Source: Candidatus Saganbacteria bacterium (GTDB lineage Bacteria; Margulisbacteria; WOR-1; JAKLHX01). From it: a stretch of DNA of 64,000 nt. A program made the position numbers and the translations under genes. The notes beneath the pieces are model-generated. The model ran no database searches. It saw nothing but the letters and a program-made list of their open reading frames with translations, and had not been told where the DNA came from. The DNA lies in NCBI GenBank assembly GCA_026387835.1, contig JAPLKZ010000010.1:65872-129871 (forward strand), given 5' to 3'. This document shows positions 17,238-26,120 of this stretch, piece by piece. Every line of letters starts with the position of its first letter. Positions within the stretch are counted from its first letter, which is position 1.

Positions 17238-17386
17238 GGCCAAATCCACGCCCGCCGAAGTCCCGATCTGATCGGGACGAAGGATGGTCTCCCCCTCCGT
17301 TTTTTAGCAATATAAGGGCAATAATTTGTTGTCCTTATTTTTTTGTCTAACGATTACACCGTTGGTAGGTCGGGTCTTTCTAACAA
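17238..17386 (+). repeat. 149-bp direct repeat, copy 2, immediately upstream of the B12-binding radical-SAM gene
   Basis: Same hairpins (17260-17278 and 17282-17306) and the same TTGTTG...TAACGAT promoter-like element as copy 1. Confidence 0.8.
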
Positions 17387-17457
17387 CTTTCCAACAGAAC
17401 CAAATCAATATATTTGAAATTTTCCGATATTCTGCTCGATATGTTAATAGGAACAAT

Positions 17458-19215
17458 ATGGCACAAATAAAGGTTGCGCTTGTAAATCTTGCATCTCCGA
17501 ATTTTCACGTACGTGAATTGAAGCCCGTTGCGGTCAATATTCTCGCAGGTTATTTGAGGAAAAGGGCATTAGAGCGAGGTATCCCGGTCCAAGTCAAGGT
17601 GTACGACATGCAGGAAGAGCTTGAGAAGAAAAGTATTGCGGAAAAACAGGATCATAAAGTTCTCCACAGACAGACTGCGGAATCGATTGCCGGCAGACTG
17701 GCGGCAGATCGGCCGGACATTGTCGGGCTTTCAATGAGATGGGAGACGCTCAATGCCGCCTTGTCGATAATCTCAAAGATGAGAGGGTCCGATATTTTGC
17801 CGCTTGTGATCACCGGAAACAATGTCGCCACCTATGGGAGCAGAAAACTTCTTACTCTGCCAGAATTCAAAGACACTCTCGCTGTTGAAGGGGAGGGTGA
17901 GGATGCCCTGTGCCGCATAGTCGAGAGAGCAATAACATCAGCGAGGATAAATGATCCGTCAAATTATGAGGGTATCCCAAACGTCAGGACAAAACCTGAC
18001 GGCGATATTTTTAAAAAACGGGTAGACCTGATAAATTATCCCGATCTTGACTTAACTGTAGCGGAAGAACTATACAAAAACGACTGGGCCGGCGGGGTCG
18101 AGTTCAGCCGGGGGTGCCCATACCATTCCTGCCGTTATTGCTCTATCGGAGATGATTGGAAGCCTTTCAAAACAGAAATAGTGATCAACAGGATGAGACG
18201 GCTTCTGCAGGCCGATCCAAAGACCGGATTTTGGTCCAATGATTCGGAGTTTTTCGGGCACATGAACGGGAATCGTTTTTATGAGAGCATCAGGACAGCG
18301 GAGAAAGTCGCCAAAGCCATAGAAGAGCTCGGCAAAGAATTAAAGGCCGCTATTTCAGTCTCACATTTTTCCGCAAGGGTTGATAATATCTTCAAAGCAC
18401 GTGACGGTGAAGACCGGAACACGGACAGGATACGCATTATCAGGAAGCTGATGCAGGCAGGTTTCGGGAAAGTATATTTAGGGATCGAATCAGGGAGCCC
18501 CTCCCAATTAATAAGGTACGGCAAGGGGGTGACGGCAAATGAGAGCAGGGAGGCCATGCGATTGCTGGATCATGAGATCCATATGCCGTTCGAACCCGGT
18601 TACATCTTTTTTGATCCTGACGCCACGATCCGGGAACTGAGAGAGAGCATGCTTTTTATCAAAGAGACAGGGCTTCATCGCAGACAATCCAGGATATTCA
18701 ACACGTTAAGGCCACAGGCAGGAAGCCGGTTGACTGCACAACTTATCGCAAAAGGATTGGTCTCTCCTGATCTTGATCTGGATACGGTGTCTCATAGGAT
18801 ACTCGACTATTCCGATAAAGACGTGAAAGTTGTCGCCGGCCTGTACGGGCTTTGGGAAAAGCAAAGCGCTGACCTGTTCAGATATTTGAACGGTAAACTC
18901 TACTGGAAGGGGACCAATCCAAGGAATGCTATTATCGGGCCTTTTCTTGATAAGATCATCGACCTTGACCGCACATTTATTAATGGCTGCCTGGATGCAT
19001 GTGAAGCCAAAAGCGATCATGGAGTTGCCATCGCGCATTTTTCAAAAGTATTTATCAATATCATCGATCGCATCAAATTCGCGTTAGCAAACCATCATAT
19101 TGACGACCCTGATGGTCAGCTCCCATTATTCCTAGGTAAAGCAACGGAACGCAACATGGCACTTCCGTGCAATATAGACACCAAAGCAATGATTGACCTT
19201 CCCCCATTGTCATAA
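17458..19215 (+). CDS. B12-binding-domain / radical-SAM protein
   Basis: N-terminal B12-binding-like fold (VALVNL...DIVGLS), then a cysteine triad GCPYHSCRYCS (CX4CX2C) and a GxE/glycine-rich SAM region. Start set at the Met at 17458; the ORF-track extension overlaps the repeat. Confidence 0.7.
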   Translation: MAQIKVALVNLASPNFHVRELKPVAVNILAGYLRKRALERGIPVQVKVYDMQEELEKKSIAEKQDHKVLHRQTAESIAGRLAADRPDIVGLSMRWETLNAALSIISKMRGSDILPLVITGNNVATYGSRKLLTLPEFKDTLAVEGEGEDALCRIVERAITSARINDPSNYEGIPNVRTKPDGDIFKKRVDLINYPDLDLTVAEELYKNDWAGGVEFSRGCPYHSCRYCSIGDDWKPFKTEIVINRMRRLLQADPKTGFWSNDSEFFGHMNGNRFYESIRTAEKVAKAIEELGKELKAAISVSHFSARVDNIFKARDGEDRNTDRIRIIRKLMQAGFGKVYLGIESGSPSQLIRYGKGVTANESREAMRLLDHEIHMPFEPGYIFFDPDATIRELRESMLFIKETGLHRRQSRIFNTLRPQAGSRLTAQLIAKGLVSPDLDLDTVSHRILDYSDKDVKVVAGLYGLWEKQSADLFRYLNGKLYWKGTNPRNAIIGPFLDKIIDLDRTFINGCLDACEAKSDHGVAIAHFSKVFINIIDRIKFALANHHIDDPDGQLPLFLGKATERNMALPCNIDTKAMIDLPPLS

Positions 19216-19231
19216 CAAATAACCTGATTCC

Positions 19232-20383
19232 CTAAAAGAACGGATCAACAGACTGAGTGAGTTCGATATCCTCCATTTTTATCCTGCCCGCCATAAGATC
19301 ATCGAGAAGGTTGTTCGCATTTTCGCGAAGGCATGTGTGATCCCTGCACATATATAAAGAGGTGAAAGCCATCTGCCTTCTAACCCTGTCTACACTGTGC
19401 CAGACCCGTTCAAATGTGTGAGAATCGTCGAGCTGGCCGATAACAGCCTGGTTCACCCCGCGGTAATCAGTACATGAATACAGCGTGCCGTTAGCTCCCA
19501 CAAGGACTTTAAGAAGACTCGACGGGCACACCGTAAATTGACGGGGGACATGCCCGATATTTTCAAAGACCCCGGCTTTTCCGAGTTTCATCGGCGACCA
19601 GTCAGAGCCCGTTACGCGTGCGATCTCCGCTTCTTCCTCTCCGGAGAGAGGGAACATGGATTTGGAGGCAGGGTCCCTTGCGGGGATCAGTAGATGGCTT
19701 GCAACGCCGGCCTGTTTAAGGGCTGAAGCAAGCGGCGCGATGTCGAACACATTGTTCTGCGTATGTATCCTTTCTTCCGCGGACCTGCAAAATATCACGG
19801 TCGACACAAGTATCCTTATCCCCCTGGAAGACAAAAGGGAAAAATTATCAATAAGTTTCTGAAACGGCACATCGCCGTTCGTATGCTTAATATATTTGTC
19901 TCCATACTGGTTCATTGAGACTCTTATCGAAGAACCGGCGACCTGCTGAACTGCTACAAGGGCATCGATATGCTTATCAAGCGTGCTTCCGTTGCTGACC
20001 AGGGATATTGCTATCCCGAGCTTTGCCGCGTGCATGCAAAAATCATCAAAATATTCATATAAAGGCACTTCTCCTCCCATTATCATAAAACCTTCGATTC
20101 CAAACCTGGAGGCGTAATCCAGCAGGTCGCTTGCTATGTTCCACGGCATGCTTATTTCATCTCTTCTGAACGCGACATTGGAATCGACGCAACCCACGCA
20201 TTTATAATTACAACGCCACGTCAGATCGGCTGTCATGAATATCGGCGGTATTTTCGCCAGTTTCCCCACATCCATCCCTGAATTTGCCAGAGCGGCAATT
20301 CTTGCAGAATGACGTCGAGAGAATATGTGCCTGCTTTCATAAGAAGCCGGGATTATCTTAGGTAAAATTGATGTTTTATTCAT
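19232..20383 (-). CDS. Radical-SAM protein with a C-terminal Cys-rich SPASM/twitch-like domain
   Basis: CNYKCVGC (CX3CX2C), a GGE-like motif, and C-terminal cysteines C...GANGTLYSC...YMCRDHTC. Convergent with the B12-binding radical-SAM gene, 16 bp apart. Confidence 0.75.
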   Translation of the reverse strand: MNKTSILPKIIPASYESRHIFSRRHSARIAALANSGMDVGKLAKIPPIFMTADLTWRCNYKCVGCVDSNVAFRRDEISMPWNIASDLLDYASRFGIEGFMIMGGEVPLYEYFDDFCMHAAKLGIAISLVSNGSTLDKHIDALVAVQQVAGSSIRVSMNQYGDKYIKHTNGDVPFQKLIDNFSLLSSRGIRILVSTVIFCRSAEERIHTQNNVFDIAPLASALKQAGVASHLLIPARDPASKSMFPLSGEEEAEIARVTGSDWSPMKLGKAGVFENIGHVPRQFTVCPSSLLKVLVGANGTLYSCTDYRGVNQAVIGQLDDSHTFERVWHSVDRVRRQMAFTSLYMCRDHTCLRENANNLLDDLMAGRIKMEDIELTQSVDPFF

Positions 20384-20494
20384 GTGTTTGCATTCCTAAT
20401 TGTTATCGAACACGTTTTTGGGAAATTTCATTAAATCGTTCCGTTTGACAATTACCCGGGTTAATATATAATAATTTAAGAAGAAAAATTAAAA

Positions 20495-21316
20495 ATGCCC
20501 ACAGAAATTGAAATAAATGCGGAAAATACCGCAGGTTGTTTTCAGGCTGACAACCAATACCAGATGATCCAGGCCGAAAAGATGGACATTATCGGCAAGC
20601 TGGCAGGTAATGTCGCGCATGAGGTTAAAAATCCCCTTGAGATCGTGATGCTGGGCATCGAGTATCTGCAGAAAGTGATGAAAAATGACGGGCCTAAAAA
20701 TCTGGGCATATTAAATAAAATGAAGGACGCTGTGCTCAGGGTGGATTCTTCCGTGCGCAACCTTCTTGATTTCTCAAGGATAACAAATGTGGATTTTATG
20801 GACTGCAATATCGAAAACATCATTGAAGCCTCCCTCGATCTGGTCAGCAAGCAGTTGTCTTTGAATAACATAGTTTTGGTCAAAGAATTCAAATGCAAGC
20901 ATCCGGTCGTAAGGGCGGATGAGAACCGTCTGAAGCAGGTCTTTATCACGCTTTTTTTGAATTCGATCAATGTCATGTCTGGGGGCGGTACTTTGTCGGT
21001 AAGGATCAGGAATAGTAAGTTCGGCGATATCAAACATGAGACCATTGAAAAAGCGGCGCGGCTTTTTGACCCCGAAAAGACCGCCGTTGTCTGCGAAGTG
21101 GAAGATACCGGCAAAGGGATACCGCAGGATAAATTAGGCAGGGTGTTCGATCCTTTCTTCTCGAATAAACACCTTGATGAAGGTTTAAGCCTGGGGACCG
21201 CAAAATGCATCGTTGACGGCCACGGCGGCTTGATCGGCCTGGAAACCGAAGAGGGCAAGGGAACGAAACTGACGATCGTCCTTCCCGCACATCTAGGTTC
21301 AAAAAATACAGTCTGA
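20495..21316 (+). CDS. Soluble histidine kinase (HisKA plus HATPase_c, no TM or sensor domain)
   Basis: H-box AHEVKNPLEIV, N-box LFLNSINVM, and G-boxes DTGKGIP and GLSLGTAK. Confidence 0.75.
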   Translation: MPTEIEINAENTAGCFQADNQYQMIQAEKMDIIGKLAGNVAHEVKNPLEIVMLGIEYLQKVMKNDGPKNLGILNKMKDAVLRVDSSVRNLLDFSRITNVDFMDCNIENIIEASLDLVSKQLSLNNIVLVKEFKCKHPVVRADENRLKQVFITLFLNSINVMSGGGTLSVRIRNSKFGDIKHETIEKAARLFDPEKTAVVCEVEDTGKGIPQDKLGRVFDPFFSNKHLDEGLSLGTAKCIVDGHGGLIGLETEEGKGTKLTIVLPAHLGSKNTV

Positions 21317-21329
21317 AAAGGAGGAAGAC

Positions 21330-21728
21330 ATGAAAGCAATAAAGTTATTGTTTGTCGATGACGAGGTGGCGCTAGTCCAGATGATAAAGATTAATCTCGA
21401 GGCAATCAAGAAATATAAAGTAAAAACGGAATCCAACAGCCAGAATGCCCTGTCGGCGGCAAAAAGGTTCAAACCTGATTTTATTTTTCTGGATATAATG
21501 ATGCCTGTTCTTGACGGCTACGGGGTGCTTAAACTTTTAAAAGAGGACCGCGAGACCCGGTCGATCCCCGTTATCATGCTTTCAGCCGTCACTACCGACG
21601 ATGCCAAGATCAGATCTGCAGGCCTTTTTGACGAATATTATCTTGAGAAACCGGTCTCCACAGAGACGATAGAAGCCGTGATCGAAAAGATAATGAGCAG
21701 AAAATCGGGATCGGCAAATAAGCCCTGA
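21330..21728 (+). CDS. Single-domain response regulator (CheY-like receiver)
   Basis: VDDE...FLDIMMP...LSA...EKP receiver signature with no output domain. Confidence 0.8.
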   Translation: MKAIKLLFVDDEVALVQMIKINLEAIKKYKVKTESNSQNALSAAKRFKPDFIFLDIMMPVLDGYGVLKLLKEDRETRSIPVIMLSAVTTDDAKIRSAGLFDEYYLEKPVSTETIEAVIEKIMSRKSGSANKP

Positions 21729-21824
21729 AAATAATCCGTCGCATTAGGGCGATTATTCGTTGTTCTTCTTTTGTTTCAACACCCCCATGTTTGTTGTATA
21801 ATATCCTCAAGGAGGATCTAAATA

Positions 21825-22379
21825 ATGAAATTCTTGAAATGGCTTTTTATCGATCTTGCTGTTATCGTCCTCGCTGTTCTGGCATTTCTTTATTATATGG
21901 GGGCTTTCAGTGACCCGATAATATCGCAACGGGAGTTCGGTCCGTACACGTTCGTTTACGAAAACTTTATAGGACCTTACAACCAGGCCGGTAAAGTAAT
22001 AGATAAACTCTGTTGGTCGCTGAAGCTGGACGGGTTCAGTACCGTGAACGCTATCGGCATCTATTATGACGATCCGTCAAAGGTCAGCAAGGATAAGTTA
22101 AGGAGCAATTTGGGCTGCGTGCTGGAAGCCAAGGATATCAAGAGGTTCATTCCGTTAAAGAAAAAATATAAGACCTGGACCATTAAGAAAAAACAATGCG
22201 TCATCGCGGAATTCCCGTTCAAGAATTTTCTTTCATATATGATCGCTCCCATGAAAGCCTATCCCGTTCTGATGAAATATGTCTCGGCAGAAGGATATAA
22301 ACCCTCGGCTCCTATCGAGTTCTATGATATGAAGAACGGAAAGATACTCTTTATTATGGAGTCAATAAAGCGGAAATAA
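21825..22379 (+). CDS. Hypothetical membrane-anchored protein
   Basis: N-terminal TM helix and a soluble domain of unknown family. TATAAT-like promoter upstream. Confidence 0.45.
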   Translation: MKFLKWLFIDLAVIVLAVLAFLYYMGAFSDPIISQREFGPYTFVYENFIGPYNQAGKVIDKLCWSLKLDGFSTVNAIGIYYDDPSKVSKDKLRSNLGCVLEAKDIKRFIPLKKKYKTWTIKKKQCVIAEFPFKNFLSYMIAPMKAYPVLMKYVSAEGYKPSAPIEFYDMKNGKILFIMESIKRK

Positions 22380-22392
22380 AAAAGGTTTTTCT

Positions 22393-22426
22393 TTGCAAAT
22401 CCTTGACATATTCTGTATAATCATTG
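22393..22426 (+). promoter_or_regulatory. Sigma-70-like promoter (TTTGCA-N18-TGTATAAT, extended -10)
   Basis: ctttgcaaatccttgacatattctgtataat, 30 bp upstream of the 22458 ATG, with a GGAG RBS. Confidence 0.45.
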
Positions 22427-22457
22427 AAAAGCCCGGTATTTTTGAAAGGAGAATCAT

Positions 22458-23324
22458 ATGAAGATAGGTTCAAGGGAAGTTTTTGACTGCCTCGAAGTAG
22501 CTTTTGACCTGAAGAAAGTCCTGTTCGTGTTCCTGGGAGCCGCGGCCGCGTTCCTTGGCGCCATGCTTTTGTTGTGGCTTGGCAATATCCCGAAGAATTT
22601 CGCCCTGGCGGTCATTCTGCAGGTCATCGCCGCCATATATTTTTACATTGTTATGATCGGTGTTTGCGGCGGGACAAGCATTATGGTTTATAAGGAGCTC
22701 ACGACCGGCGAGAAACTTTCCGTTAAGGACGCGATGTCCTTTTCAACTAAAAATCTTTTGGCGCTGGCCCTGTCCCCTGTCGTCTGGCTCGCCGTTTCCG
22801 CAGTGGTCCTGCTGGCCGAATATGCGGTATTCATGATCGGTAAATTCAGCGCGGGCCAGATAATCCTGTCACTTTTGACCGTTCCTGTCATTTTATTGAA
22901 CGCTTTCCTGCTCCTGTTCCTGCTGTTCGGCACATTGCTGCTTTTTGAAATAATCGCGGTCGACGGCGCGTCGGCTCTTTCCGCTGTCGGGAAGCTATAC
23001 GCCCTTACAAAAAAAGCGCCTCTCCAGATACTGATGTGCCTGGTACCGGTATCGATAGTCGGGGTGCTGGCAGGCGCTTTCGCATTCACCATATTTCTCG
23101 GGTCGAATATCATAAGCCTCGTTATTTTCGGTTCGGCATCCGGACTTTTTGCCGCGATGGCCGCGGTAGAGATACCGTCCTTTTCCCCCGCGACACAGGC
23201 GGCATGGGCCATCTTCTCATTTTTTGTCTCGATACTGTCCGGACTGATCATCTCTTATCTTTTTGTATTCCTTAAGACTTCCTGCGTTTCTATCTACATG
23301 AGCGTGAAAGAGCGTATCAAGTAG
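22458..23324 (+). CDS. Polytopic integral membrane protein (about 6-7 TM helices), function unknown
   Basis: ORF track; hydrophobic throughout. Confidence 0.55.
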   Translation: MKIGSREVFDCLEVAFDLKKVLFVFLGAAAAFLGAMLLLWLGNIPKNFALAVILQVIAAIYFYIVMIGVCGGTSIMVYKELTTGEKLSVKDAMSFSTKNLLALALSPVVWLAVSAVVLLAEYAVFMIGKFSAGQIILSLLTVPVILLNAFLLLFLLFGTLLLFEIIAVDGASALSAVGKLYALTKKAPLQILMCLVPVSIVGVLAGAFAFTIFLGSNIISLVIFGSASGLFAAMAAVEIPSFSPATQAAWAIFSFFVSILSGLIISYLFVFLKTSCVSIYMSVKERIK

Positions 23325-23332
23325 TAGCGGAT

Positions 23333-23405
23333 GCGCTCGTAGCTTAACGGATAAAGCGTTCGCCTACGAAGCGAAAGATTGAGAGTTCAATTCTCTCCGA
23401 GCGCA
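23333..23405 (+). tRNA. tRNA-Arg (anticodon ACG)
   Basis: Acceptor GCGCTCG/CGAGCGC, D-stem GCTT/AAGC, anticodon stem TTCGC/GCGAA with loop CTACGAA, T-arm GAGAG-TTCAATT-CTCTC. 73 nt. Confidence 0.85.
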
Positions 23406-23427
23406 GTTTTTATATTTTGTGATGCCG

Positions 23428-24597
23428 CTATTTTGGATTTTGTTTGAGTGGTTTGAGTGTCGGATAAAAAGGTTCGATATCTTCTTCTTCCCCGGCCGGC
23501 TCGATCTGCTTCAATTTCAAAACAGGGGGTTCGACGACATGAGTTTCGGGCTTTGGCTCAGGCGAAAATCCTATAGAAAAGTAATGCGTCGTGTTGTCCG
23601 AAATATCCCCGTACCTGTGATAAGCGTAATCGAACGAGAAAGGCGCTAATTTGAATCCCACGCCGAACGTCATGTTCGTCTCTGTACCCATTCCGGACGT
23701 GTCCGCAGCGGCCTGCTGGTCAAGCCCTGCTCTTATCGCGAGGTATTTGTTCATCTTCCATTCAAGCCCGGTATGGAAAAGCGCCGGATAATTGTCCTGG
23801 TCCATGTTCTTTTCCGCGTCAAGAAGCACCGTAAGGTCCCACGTTGAATATTTTTTTATCGCGCTCTCTCCCAGCACGCGCACTGCAAGACCTCCTTTAA
23901 AGTACGCCGGTATCCCTTCGGCGACCCCGTTCTTTTTCCAGATAAATCTGCCCCCCATGCTGGAAGGGATCACATTTGTCACAACTAAACCTATATCAAG
24001 CCATTTTCGCGCCTTCAGCTTGAGGCCGATATCCATATCGAGGCCCGTGCCGCTGGCCCCGTCAAGCGCTCCGGACGACTGTGAAAAATACTGGGTAAAA
24101 TATTTGAGGGTCGCTCCGAAAGAGACGTTCTTTAATTTTTCGCTCCTGAAAAGCGAGCTCAGTCTGTTGGCGTATGACAGAAGGAATACGTTCGATGAAA
24201 AATCTGTCGTCGAATAGACCTCGGGCCTGTCGACCCCGCCCGAACTTGTCCATCTTGTGAGAGGGATCGAGCTTATCCCCGAAGACACAAAGCCCGCTCC
24301 GAGATATCCTGCCGGGACCGGTATCGCACAGCCGATGACAGTATAATTCACATCACCTATCAACGCGGCACGCATCGAAGTAAAATCAAAACCTTTGATC
24401 TGGGTCAGGCCGGAGGGGTTTAAAAATATCGCGGCCGCGTCATCCGCAAGACCGATGTATGCTTTGCCCATCGCAAGCGACCTCGCGCCCACGCCGATTA
24501 TTGAAGGGTCCACCATCGAAGCCGCAAGCGCAGGGCCCGTGGCAAGCATCATAAAAAGGACGGCTGCCGCCGCTGAATTTTTTAAAGATATTCTCAC
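23428..24597 (-). CDS. Outer-membrane beta-barrel protein with a FadL/PorV-type N-terminal motif (paralogue of 4002-4898)
   Basis: Signal peptide ending ALAAS, then GARSLAMGKAYIGLADDAAAIFLNPSGL, and a C-terminal aromatic-ending beta strand. Confidence 0.6.
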   Translation of the reverse strand: MRISLKNSAAAAVLFMMLATGPALAASMVDPSIIGVGARSLAMGKAYIGLADDAAAIFLNPSGLTQIKGFDFTSMRAALIGDVNYTVIGCAIPVPAGYLGAGFVSSGISSIPLTRWTSSGGVDRPEVYSTTDFSSNVFLLSYANRLSSLFRSEKLKNVSFGATLKYFTQYFSQSSGALDGASGTGLDMDIGLKLKARKWLDIGLVVTNVIPSSMGGRFIWKKNGVAEGIPAYFKGGLAVRVLGESAIKKYSTWDLTVLLDAEKNMDQDNYPALFHTGLEWKMNKYLAIRAGLDQQAAADTSGMGTETNMTFGVGFKLAPFSFDYAYHRYGDISDNTTHYFSIGFSPEPKPETHVVEPPVLKLKQIEPAGEEEDIEPFYPTLKPLKQNPK

Positions 24598-24752
24598 AAG
24601 ATATATTGTAGTCTTTCAGTTCCATATAAGTCAAGATAAACCTGCCGGGACGCGGTTTTCAATAAAAAGCTTTCCAAAAAATATCAGGCGTTATATAATA
24701 AAATAACTGAAATTTTGGAAAAATACAGCGGATAGTTAATGGGGAGAAAAAT

Positions 24753-26120
24753 ATGGGCATGACCGCCGGTCAAAACATGTTCTTGGATATTTCACTGAAT
24801 ATAAATCTGATGCTGAACCCCCGCATGCTGCAGATGCTGAACGTTCTGAACCTTCCGTATGCCGAGCTCGTAGAAAAGATCAAAACGGAAGCCGAAGAAA
24901 ATCCGCTTATCGAAATCGAACGCAGGGACGCGATGATAGAATACCTGAGATACCACAGCAGCACGCCCCTGAAAGAGACCCCTTCCGGCCTTCCGGAAGA
25001 AGGAAGCGAGGCCGGTTTTGAGCATTACATACAAAAGGGCGTCGAACTTGTGCCCCATCTCATGTCGCAGGCCGGACTGCTCGATATTTCCGAAAAGGAA
25101 AAAGAGATCGTGACCGAACTTATAAAGCATCTCGACATCAACGGCTATATCAGGGACTGGGAAAGCGTTTCACCGGCCGTTATGAGCGCTCTCGGCGCCG
25201 CGGAAAAAGAGATCGAAGAAGCGCTCGGCCTTTTGCAAGGCCTTGAGCCTGACGGCATCGGCGCGAGAGACCTGAAAGAATGCCTTCTGATCCAGATCAG
25301 CGAATATGATTTTGAAGACGAGACCCTGGTAAAGCTGCTTAAGAAAGCCGTTTCCTCCCATCTGGACGAGATCGCTTCCAGAGACCTGGCCGCTATCTCA
25401 AAGTCGCTTGACATAACCGAAGAAGGGGCGCTCCAGATATGCGATTTCATAAAGAACAACCTGACCCCTTATCCTGGAGCCGCGTTCTCTTCATCCGCGA
25501 CCCCGGCCATTCCGTCATTTTCCGTAAAAAAAGAAGGGCCGGAAATAAAACTGGTGAACCTTGAGACCAGATACGGGCCTGTCATCAAGCTGAGCCCTCA
25601 GTACCTGAAGATGCTTAAGGACCCCGGGACCGACGCGGCGACCGTCTCGTTCATCAAGGAAAAGATAGACAAGGCCAACGAGCTCATCGAGCAGCTTGCA
25701 AAGCGCGGCGAAACGCTTGAAAAGATCGCTGTAGAGATCACCGAAAAACAAAAGGATTATCTTTTCGGAAAGTCCGCTCACCCGGCCCCTCTGCTTCAAA
25801 AAAGCATCTCGGCAAAGTTCGGCATCCATCCCTCGACCGTCAGCAGGGCCGTTTCCGAAAAATATATCGAGACGCCGAAAGGCGTGATCAGCCTTAAGTC
25901 CCTTTGCCCGAAAGAGATACTGGGGACGACCACCAATTCTCTCAGGGAAAAGGTACTTCAATTGATCTCAGCAGAGGACAATAAGGCCCCGTTGTCGGAC
26001 TCCGACATACAAAGGCTGCTTTCAGCCCGGGGCTTTGACATAAAAAGAAGGACCGTGACCGATTACAGGAAAAAACTTTCCATCGGCACGGTCGCAGAGC
26101 GTAAGAAAGGCAAGCCGTGA
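24753..26120 (+). CDS. rpoN: RNA polymerase sigma-54 factor
   Basis: N-terminal Leu/Gln-rich activator-interacting region, core-binding region, HTH, and the C-terminal RpoN box (RRTVTDYRKKL). Confidence 0.85.
   Translation: MGMTAGQNMFLDISLNINLMLNPRMLQMLNVLNLPYAELVEKIKTEAEENPLIEIERRDAMIEYLRYHSSTPLKETPSGLPEEGSEAGFEHYIQKGVELVPHLMSQAGLLDISEKEKEIVTELIKHLDINGYIRDWESVSPAVMSALGAAEKEIEEALGLLQGLEPDGIGARDLKECLLIQISEYDFEDETLVKLLKKAVSSHLDEIASRDLAAISKSLDITEEGALQICDFIKNNLTPYPGAAFSSSATPAIPSFSVKKEGPEIKLVNLETRYGPVIKLSPQYLKMLKDPGTDAATVSFIKEKIDKANELIEQLAKRGETLEKIAVEITEKQKDYLFGKSAHPAPLLQKSISAKFGIHPSTVSRAVSEKYIETPKGVISLKSLCPKEILGTTTNSLREKVLQLISAEDNKAPLSDSDIQRLLSARGFDIKRRTVTDYRKKLSIGTVAERKKGKP

Noticed and set aside
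17326-17457. ORF-track N-terminal extension of the B12-binding radical-SAM gene
   Set aside because: It overlaps direct-repeat copy 2 (hairpins and a promoter-like element). An internal Met at 17458 fits better.
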